Of a DNA stretch of 64,000 nucleotides, positions 56,153 through 64,000 are shown piece after piece. The notes below the pieces were generated by a model. It saw only the letters and a list, made by a program, of their open reading frames with translations. It did no database searches and was not told the origin of the DNA. The stretch is taken from contig CAWAIF010000003.1 in assembly GCA_963782055.1 (NCBI GenBank), positions 1,408,001 through 1,472,000 on the forward strand. The letters run 5' to 3'. Position numbers and translations under genes: made by a program. This stretch comes from an uncultured delta proteobacterium (GTDB taxonomy: Bacteria; Myxococcota_A; Polyangia; Polyangiales; Polyangiaceae). The stretch's first letter is position 1, and every line of letters begins with the position of its first letter.

Positions 56153-57238
56153 ATGCGCGCGGTCGGCACCCGGTTGCTCATGGCCGGCGCGCTCGCCCTC
56201 GCGGCTGCGGGGGTGTCCTGCGGCGGGGGGGACACGTGCACGCCCGGCGGGGACGGCACCTACCTCACCAGGCCGTACCCCACGCTGGACGGGTACTGCG
56301 TGGTGTCCATGCAGGATGCGACCATCGTCCCGAAGGCGGGCGTGGTGCCCTACGACGAGAGCACGCCGCTCTTCTCCGACTACGCGTCCAAGTTCCGCAC
56401 GGTGTGGATCCCGCCGGGGAAGTCGGCGACGTACACCGCCGACGGGCCGATGGACTTCCCCGTCGGGACCATCGTCACCAAGTCCTTCGGCTTCCCGGCG
56501 GACGTGCGCAACCCGCAGCCTGTCACCTGGGTGGAGACACGGGTGATGGTGCGGCGGGAGAGCGGCTGGTTCGGCGTCGCCTACGTGTGGGACAAGGACC
56601 AGAAGAAGGCGACGATCCAGCCGGGCGGCTCGCTGCACGAGATCTCCTTCGTCAAGCCGAGCGGCGCGCCGGCCACGAGCGACTACCTGGTGCCCAGCCA
56701 GAACGAGTGCATCAAGTGCCACGAGGACCTCGGCACCATCGTGCCGATCGGCCTGCGCGCGGCGCGCATCAACCACGACTACCCGTACCCCGGGGGCACG
56801 GAGAACCAGCTGGATCACTGGGCGCGCCTCGGCATCCTGCAGGGCGCGCCGGCGAGCGATCAGGCGCCGCGGCTGGTGGCCTGGGACGACACCTCCCAGC
56901 CGGTGGAGGCGCGCGCGCGGGCGTACCTGGAGGCCAACTGCTCGCACTGCCACAGCGAGACGGGCGAGGCGCGCACGACAGGGCTCTTCCTCGGCAACGC
57001 GGTGACCGACCCGTACAAGTACGGCGTGTGCAAGAACCCGGTGGCCACCGGCCAGGCGTCCTCCGACCTGACCTACGACGTGGTGCCCGGGCAGCCCGAC
57101 CGGTCCATCCTCGTCTTCCGCGTGCAGTCCACGCAGCCGAGCATCGCCATGCCGGAGATCGGCCGCAGCGTGGTGCACGACGAGGGCGTCGCGCTGCTGC
57201 GCGACTGGATCACCGGCCTCCCCGGCCAGTGCCAGTAG
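56153..57238 (+). CDS. SO2930-family diheme c-type cytochrome lipoprotein
   Basis: TPLFSDYASKFR, FPVGTIVTKSF, VETR, CIKCH, ARAYLEANCSHCH, MPEIGRSVVH. Confidence 0.9.
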   Translation: MRAVGTRLLMAGALALAAAGVSCGGGDTCTPGGDGTYLTRPYPTLDGYCVVSMQDATIVPKAGVVPYDESTPLFSDYASKFRTVWIPPGKSATYTADGPMDFPVGTIVTKSFGFPADVRNPQPVTWVETRVMVRRESGWFGVAYVWDKDQKKATIQPGGSLHEISFVKPSGAPATSDYLVPSQNECIKCHEDLGTIVPIGLRAARINHDYPYPGGTENQLDHWARLGILQGAPASDQAPRLVAWDDTSQPVEARARAYLEANCSHCHSETGEARTTGLFLGNAVTDPYKYGVCKNPVATGQASSDLTYDVVPGQPDRSILVFRVQSTQPSIAMPEIGRSVVHDEGVALLRDWITGLPGQCQ

Positions 57239-57240
57239 CC

Positions 57241-58062
57241 TCAGCGCGCCGCGTCGTAGCCGCGGGCGCGCGCGGCGCGCAGCATGTGGCGCAGCGGCTC
57301 GAAGTGATCGCCGGTGGGCACGCGGAAGTGCGTGGTGCTGAGAAGATCCGTCAGCGGCCCGCGCGAGGGCTCGTCGGCGTGCAGCAGCCAGCGCACGAGG
57401 GCGGAGCGATCGGTCGCGGAGGTGCTGCGCGCCGCGAGGATGGCGTCGTTGGGCACCGGGCCGACGATGTGGGCGATCTCCATCTGCCGGATGGGGTGGC
57501 CGTCGGCGCGCAGCCACCCGGCGTTCATCACCGCCCTGGTGACGGGGTGGATGCGGCACCAGCTCGTGCCGACGTCCACGGTCCCGGTGGCGACGGCGTC
57601 GAGCATCGCCATGTGTGTCTCGGCGAAGGACTCCTTGGAGAAGAAGTCGCGTGGGTCCCACCCGCGGGCGAACAGGTGCAGGCGCGGGACGACGTAGCCG
57701 GAGGCGCTGCGACGATCGAGCCACATCACGCGCCTGCCACGCAGCTCCTCCAGCGAGCGCGGGCCGCCATGGCGCACCACGAAGGCGACGCTGGAGGTGA
57801 GCAGGCCATGGCGCTCCGGCAGGGCGACGACGACGCCGAGCCCGCGGTCGAGCAGATCGAGCGCGACGATGGGCGGCGCCCAGGCGAGCTTGATCGTACC
57901 CGCCTCCAGCGCCTCGCCGAGCGCCTCGTAGCTGGGGAGGTGGCGCGGGACGATGCGCAGCCCCGTCTGCCGCGAGCCGGCGTGACACAGCTCGGCGAAG
58001 CGCAAGACGGCGCCGGCGGCCAGCCTGCATGCGCCGAAGCCCAGCTCACCATCCCCCGTCAT
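57241..58062 (-). CDS. PhnD-like phosphate/phosphonate-binding fold protein, no signal peptide
   Basis: SYEALGEAL, LAWAPP, LEELRG, SASGYVVPR, THMAMLDAV, PVPND. Confidence 0.8.
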   Translation of the reverse strand: MTGDGELGFGACRLAAGAVLRFAELCHAGSRQTGLRIVPRHLPSYEALGEALEAGTIKLAWAPPIVALDLLDRGLGVVVALPERHGLLTSSVAFVVRHGGPRSLEELRGRRVMWLDRRSASGYVVPRLHLFARGWDPRDFFSKESFAETHMAMLDAVATGTVDVGTSWCRIHPVTRAVMNAGWLRADGHPIRQMEIAHIVGPVPNDAILAARSTSATDRSALVRWLLHADEPSRGPLTDLLSTTHFRVPTGDHFEPLRHMLRAARARGYDAAR

Positions 58063-58115
58063 CTGCGAAGAACTCTATCGGCAATCGGTTGACGCATCAA
58101 CGGCCAACGGCGCGA

Positions 58116-58985
58116 TCAGCCGCCGTCGAGTGTCCGCGCGAAGGCGGTGATGCGCGCGGAGAGGGCGGCCGGGGCGTCCACGTGGGGGCAGTGGCCGAAG
58201 CCGAGCGGGCGCTCGACGCGGGCGTGGCGCGGCAGGTGCTTCTCGAAGTACGCCAGGTGCGAGGGCGGGAGCAGCCGCTCCGACTGCCCCCACACCAGGA
58301 GGATGGGCATGGGCAGCGCGGCCAGCTCTTCCGGGGTGGGGAGGTGCTCGTTGGTGGCGGCGGCCAGCAGCTCGCGCACGGCGGGGCGCTGGCCGATGGT
58401 GGCCGGCAGCTCGAAGGCCACCAGGGGGATGAACCACGGGGGCCGGTGGTAGACGCGCCGCAAAAACTCGCGCGCCTCGCCGGTGTTCGCGAGCTCGAAG
58501 ACGCGGCGGAGCGCGCGCCACTCGGCATCGGTGGAGTGCGCGCCGGCGGGGGACACCAGCACCAGGCCGCGCACCCGCTCCGGGTGGGCGACGGCGTACT
58601 GGAGCGCCAGCGCGCCGCCGAGCGAGTTGCCGACGACGATGGACGGCTCGGGCACGAGGCGCTCGAGGGTGAGGCGCACCGAGTCGAAGAGCGCGGTGGG
58701 GTCGAGGGGCGTGCGGCTGTCGCTGCTGAAGCCGTGGCCGGGGTAGTCCGGCGCGACCACGCGCTTCATGTTGGGGCGCAGGCGGGCAAGCACAGGACCG
58801 AAGGGCGTCGCCGCGGACCCGATGCCGTGCAAGAGCACCGTCGTCGGCAGCGAGCCTCCGCCCGGTGCGTCGTAGACGTGGACGGTCCCCTGCGGGGTCT
58901 CCACCCAGCGCGTGTCGACGCCGCGTCGGCGCAGCGCCCTGCGGCCAAGCCGCTCCGCGAGCGGGATGAGGATGGGAGGCACCAT
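58116..58985 (-). CDS. Alpha/beta hydrolase
   Basis: VLLHGIG, DYPGHG, GNSLGG, WGQSE, GHCPH. Confidence 0.93.
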   Translation of the reverse strand: MVPPILIPLAERLGRRALRRRGVDTRWVETPQGTVHVYDAPGGGSLPTTVLLHGIGSAATPFGPVLARLRPNMKRVVAPDYPGHGFSSDSRTPLDPTALFDSVRLTLERLVPEPSIVVGNSLGGALALQYAVAHPERVRGLVLVSPAGAHSTDAEWRALRRVFELANTGEAREFLRRVYHRPPWFIPLVAFELPATIGQRPAVRELLAAATNEHLPTPEELAALPMPILLVWGQSERLLPPSHLAYFEKHLPRHARVERPLGFGHCPHVDAPAALSARITAFARTLDGG

Positions 58986-59063
58986 GGGTCCAAGATAGGC
59001 ACGAAATGCCGCAAAGGAAGCGTTTGTGTCGCCTCCCGCCGGCGGCCGAGGCTCGCGGGCGTG

Positions 59064-59468
59064 TCAGCGCTTGCGCGGACCCAGCCAGACGCGCTCGCGT
59101 CGCTCGGCGACGAGCTTGTCGTAGCGCGCCTGCTGATCGGGCCGGAGGACCGCGCGGATGTCGGCGTCCACCTTGGTCTTGTGATCACGCAGCGGCTGGC
59201 CGCACCGCTGGAGCATGGCGCGGCTGAGCTGCCGCGAGTCGTCGCGGTCCGTCTGGAGGATGGTCCGGATGCGGGACTCCTGATCGGCGTCGAGGTCCAG
59301 CTTGCGCGAGAGGGCGTGCAGGCGGCGGCTCTCGAACTCCTTGCCGTCCTCCCGCAGGAGCGCGGCGTGGCGCTGATCGCTGTACGCGAACATCGCGCCC
59401 CCGCCTGCGGCCGCGCCCAGCACGAACACCACGGCGAGGACCAGGTAGCCTTTGGTCTTGCTCGTCAC
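59064..59468 (-). CDS. Spy/CpxP-like periplasmic helical protein
   Basis: N-terminal TM; LDLDADQ and VLRPDQ LTxxQ-like motifs; overlap with the upstream gene. Confidence 0.8.
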   Translation of the reverse strand: MTSKTKGYLVLAVVFVLGAAAGGGAMFAYSDQRHAALLREDGKEFESRRLHALSRKLDLDADQESRIRTILQTDRDDSRQLSRAMLQRCGQPLRDHKTKVDADIRAVLRPDQQARYDKLVAERRERVWLGPRKR

Positions 59469-59746
59469 CAGTCCAGCTCCACGGCATCGTACGAGCTGGC
59501 GAGAGCGTCGTCGAAGGTGTGTGCGCTGTGCACCGCCCACGTCACGCCGAGCACCGCCGCGAGCGCCGCCACCGGGAGCAGTCGCCAGGCGGTGCGCGGG
59601 AGGTCGGCGAGCCAGCTCGTCTCCGCCGGCTTCGCGGCGCCCACCGCGCCCATCACCCGCGCGGAGAAGCCGGCGCGAGGCGCCACGCCCTCGGTGGCCT
59701 TCGCCAGGCGCGCCAGGCGCGCGTCCATGTCTTCGGGATCGGTCAC
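59465..59746 (-). CDS. Small single-TM putative anti-sigma factor
   Basis: Directly downstream of and overlapping the ECF sigma; PRAGFSARVM motif plus TM. Confidence 0.75.
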   Translation of the reverse strand: MTDPEDMDARLARLAKATEGVAPRAGFSARVMGAVGAAKPAETSWLADLPRTAWRLLPVAALAAVLGVTWAVHSAHTFDDALASSYDAVELDW

Positions 59747-60267
59747 GACTCGTTCCTCCTTTGCCGCAGCGTGGTCCTCGCCCGCACCAGCCGCTGCTCC
59801 ACCGCGCCCTCGCTGCAGTCCATGATCTCGGCGATCTCCGCCGACGACATGCCTTCCACCACCTTGAGCACCAGCGCCGTCTGCTGCTCCTCCGGTAGCT
59901 GGCCCAGCCAGTCGGCGAGCTCGCGCAGCGCCACCGTGGCGTCCGCCGAGGCGGCGCCGTCCCAGCCCGGGTCCACCAGCTCGTCGGTCGCCGTGCGCTT
60001 GCGCTTGCGCTTCGCGTCGATGGTCGTGTTGACCACCACGCGGTAGAGCCACGTGGCGACGCGCGACCGGCCGTCGAACTGGCCGTCCACGAGCGCGCGA
60101 TACGCCTTCACGTACGCGTCCTGCACCACGTCCTCCGCATCTGCAACGTTTCCCAGCATCCTAGCGCTCAGCCTGACGAGCTTCGCGCTCGTCGCGTCCA
60201 CGATCTCCTGAAATGCCGACACCTCGCCCCGCGCCACGCGGCGGGCGGCGTCCTCGAGGTTGGTCAA
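59743..60267 (-). CDS. ECF-family RNA polymerase sigma factor
   Basis: DAEDVVQDAY, TWLYRVVVN, LPEEQQTAL, MSSAEIAEIM, VEQRLVRAR. Confidence 0.95.
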   Translation of the reverse strand: MTNLEDAARRVARGEVSAFQEIVDATSAKLVRLSARMLGNVADAEDVVQDAYVKAYRALVDGQFDGRSRVATWLYRVVVNTTIDAKRKRKRTATDELVDPGWDGAASADATVALRELADWLGQLPEEQQTALVLKVVEGMSSAEIAEIMDCSEGAVEQRLVRARTTLRQRRNES

Positions 60268-60357
60268 TGCGTGTCTCCGCCGGCAAGGTTCAACGGACTC
60301 CTTGCATACAGGACGAACGGGGAGGGGGGGACCCTACGGAGGAGGGGAGGAATTTGC

Positions 60358-61090
60358 GTGGGGGCGTGAGGGGGCGCGGGCGCGGGGACGAGAGGGGGCG
60401 CGGGGGCGTGAGGGGGCGCGGGCGCGAGGGCGGGCGCGGGCGCGGGGGCGTGAGGGGGCGCGGGGGCGTGAGGGGGCGCGGGAGGGGGAGGGGGCGCGGG
60501 AGGGGGAGGGGGCGCGGGCGTGGGGGGAGGGGGTACGGGGAAGGGGCCCCACACAGTTCGAGCCGAGATCGTTAGCGAGCACATGAAGAGGCGCTTCGCC
60601 GGCATTTTGCCGTCTCCGATGCCCGAGCCCCCACCCCCTCTCCATCTGCCCCACCCTCGCGGCCCGCGGCCGGGCCCGCGCTCGCCCTCGCGCTTCGAGC
60701 CGAGATCGTTAGCGAGCACATGAAGAGGCGGTTCGCTGACATCCCGCTGGCCGCGACGGCCCCCACCCCTCTCCCTCTGCGCCCCCCTCGCAGCCCGGCT
60801 GCGCCCGCGCCCGCCCCCGCCCCCCGCGCTCGCGCCCGCCCTCCGCGCTCGCGCCCGCCCCCCGCGCTCGCGCCCGCCCCCGCGCCCGCGCCCGCCCCCG
60901 CGCTCGCGCCCACCCCCCGCGCTCGCGCCCGCCCCCCGCGCTCGCGCCCGCGCCCGCGCCCGCGCCCGCCCCCGCGCTCGCGCCCACCCCCCGCGCTCGC
61001 GCCCGCCCCCCGCGCTCGCGCCCGCGCCCGCGCCCGCGCCCGCCCCCGCGCTCGCGCCCGCCCCCCGCGCTCGCGCCCGCGCCCGCCCGA
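60358..61090. repeat. Composite intergenic repeat: G-rich tract, two 37-bp direct repeats, C-rich tract
   Basis: TTCGAGCCGAGATCGTTAGCGAGCACATGAAGAGGCG identical at 60557-60593 and 60694-60730; G-rich 18-mers at about 60358-60546; C-rich hexamers at about 60800-61090. Confidence 0.85.
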
Positions 61091-61201
61091 GCCGTTTTCC
61101 CTAATGACATCGAGCGTATAGGGGCCATCCAACAAAACATCGCCCCAAACCGTAGGGTGACCCCCGGCGCCGTCGTCGGAACGGGCATAGGAGGTTCCAC
61201 G

Positions 61202-62245
61202 ATGCGATCGACGAAGGTTCTGGTTGGTGGTCTTTTTGCGCTGCTTCTCGCTGCCTGCTCCGGTGCGGACGCTGGACAGTCTCAGCAGGCGAGCCTCGGC
61301 ACGGCGAGCAATCAGGTGCAGGAGAGCGCGCACCACGACCCCGCGCGCTTCCTCCAGCATTTCGACAAGAACGGCGACGGCAAGGTGCAGGTCTCCGAGC
61401 TCCCCGCGAAGATGCAGGAGCGTCTCGGCAAGGCCGACACGAACGGTGACGGCGTGATCTCGCCCGAGGAGATGCAGGCCCGCTTCGCCGAGATGAAGAA
61501 GGAGCGCTTCGCCAAGGCCGACAAGAACGGCGACGGCGCGCTCGACGCGACCGAGGTGGGCGCCCGGCGCTGGACGTTCATGCAGGCGGCGGACGCGAAC
61601 AAGGACGGCAAGGTCACGCCGGCCGAGATGGATCAGGCGCGCGCCTCCGGCGTCCTGAAGCAGCAGGCGAAGGCCCGCTTCGCGCAGATGAAGAAGGAGC
61701 GCTTCGCCAAGGCCGACAAGAACGGCGACGGCGCGCTCGACGCGACCGAGGTGGGCGCCAGGCGCTGGGCACGCATCCAGGTGGCCGACGCCGACAAGGA
61801 CGGCAAGGTGACCTCGGCCGAGCTGGACCAGGCGCGCACGTCCGGCCTGATCAAGCACGAGCACCGCGCCCGCTGGCACGGGGCCGAGGGCGCCAAGGGC
61901 GGCGAGAAGGGCCCGCGCGCCCGCTGGCACGGCGGCGACGGCGAGCACGCCGGCAAGGGCGAGCACGCGCGCCACGCGCGGTCGCCGGAGCAGATCATCG
62001 CCCGCTTCGACGCCAACAAGGACGGCATCCTGCAGACCTCCGAGATGCCCGACCGGATGCGCACCCGCCTGGAGCGCGCCGACACCAACAAGGACGGCGC
62101 GGTGACGAAGGAAGAGCTCACGGCCTTCCACGCGCAGATGAAGGCGGCGCGTGACGCCCGCCACGCGGCCGGCCCCTCCGGCGCGAGCGGCGCCCCCGGC
62201 GCGGCCGAGACCGCCCCGGCCCCCGGCGCCAACGTCGTGAAGTGA
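61202..62245 (+). CDS. EF-hand lipoprotein (8 loops) with His-rich linker
   Basis: RBS AGGAGG; LAAC lipobox; eight DxN/DxDG loops (e.g. DKNGDGKVQVSE, DTNGDGVISPEE). Confidence 0.92.
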   Translation: MRSTKVLVGGLFALLLAACSGADAGQSQQASLGTASNQVQESAHHDPARFLQHFDKNGDGKVQVSELPAKMQERLGKADTNGDGVISPEEMQARFAEMKKERFAKADKNGDGALDATEVGARRWTFMQAADANKDGKVTPAEMDQARASGVLKQQAKARFAQMKKERFAKADKNGDGALDATEVGARRWARIQVADADKDGKVTSAELDQARTSGLIKHEHRARWHGAEGAKGGEKGPRARWHGGDGEHAGKGEHARHARSPEQIIARFDANKDGILQTSEMPDRMRTRLERADTNKDGAVTKEELTAFHAQMKAARDARHAAGPSGASGAPGAAETAPAPGANVVK

Positions 62246-62268
62246 GATCCGGAAACGCGTAACCCGCA

Positions 62269-62306
62269 CCGAGGGTGGGGCCACTACATGGTGGTCCCAC
62301 CCTCGG
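62269..62306 (+). terminator. Long stem-loop after the EF-hand gene
   Basis: CCGAGGGTGGGGCCACT-acat-GGTGGTCCCACCCTCGG, 17 bp with two G-U pairs; weak U-tract. Confidence 0.5.
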
Positions 62307-62327
62307 GCCATTTCGGAGGTCTCCTTC

Positions 62328-62690
62328 ATGCACACGGGTCTGCGCGCTTCCTTTGTCCTCTCGGCCGTCGCCCTCGGCCTGGCACTGCTCGGCGCCTGCG
62401 GCGGCGGCGGAGGCTCCACCGGCGACAGCTGCTCGTCCGCCGGCGGATGCGGTGGTGGCGTGTGCCTCCAGTCCTCCGACTTCCCCGGCGGCTACTGCTC
62501 GCAAGCGTGCAACCTGTCCGACCCCTCGAGCTGCCCCGGCGGCTCGGTGTGCATCGACGACGCCAGCGGCGCTCCCTCGGGCACGAAGGCGGTCTGCTAC
62601 AAGACCTGCAAGACGAACTCCGATTGCTCCCGTCCGGGGTTCGCCTGCCTGGAGAAGGCCAACCAGCTCGTGTGCCGCAACGGCGGCTGA
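62328..62690 (+). CDS. Small Cys-rich lipoprotein
   Basis: LGAC lipobox; FPGGYCSQAC, CYKTCKTNSDC. Confidence 0.85.
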   Translation: MHTGLRASFVLSAVALGLALLGACGGGGGSTGDSCSSAGGCGGGVCLQSSDFPGGYCSQACNLSDPSSCPGGSVCIDDASGAPSGTKAVCYKTCKTNSDCSRPGFACLEKANQLVCRNGG

Positions 62691-62712
62691 CGGCGCGGCG
62701 CGCCCCGCGGCC

Positions 62713-64000
<1,288 letters not shown>

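Noticed and set aside
60557..60730. Possible CRISPR array (37-bp repeats)
   Set aside because: Only two copies, a 100-nt low-complexity spacer, and no cas genes in the window.

Overview
Very GC-rich chromosomal window whose gene content points to a myxobacterium, probably Polyangiaceae-like (inference from four Hanks-type Ser/Thr kinases, many lipoproteins, Cys-rich proteins and an M36 peptidase). Housekeeping genes: acnA, thyA-folA, trmO, glyS (split by a 1-nt insertion), a MetB-like trans-sulfuration enzyme and a UvrD/Rep helicase. Accessory genes include a porin plus 13-heme cytochrome pair, an SO2930-type diheme cytochrome with its beta-helix partner, an ECF sigma/anti-sigma/Spy-like operon facing an 8-EF-hand lipoprotein, and a plastic region at about 28-36 kb with duplicated genes, remnants and a DUF559 nuclease. 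The most striking gene is a ClpA/C-like double-AAA+ protein with a ClpP-docking IGF loop fused to a release factor 2-like module lacking the whole GGQ domain (36199-38880). Also notable: about 300 nt of stacked hairpins sequestering the DUF559 start codon, a stand-alone PPDK phosphocarrier domain with His replaced by Asp, and two genes that seem to start at CTG by stop/start overlap. No rRNA, tRNA, CRISPR array or intact transposase was seen. Several single-base frameshifts suggest assembly indel errors. All family calls come from motif recognition by eye, not database searches.
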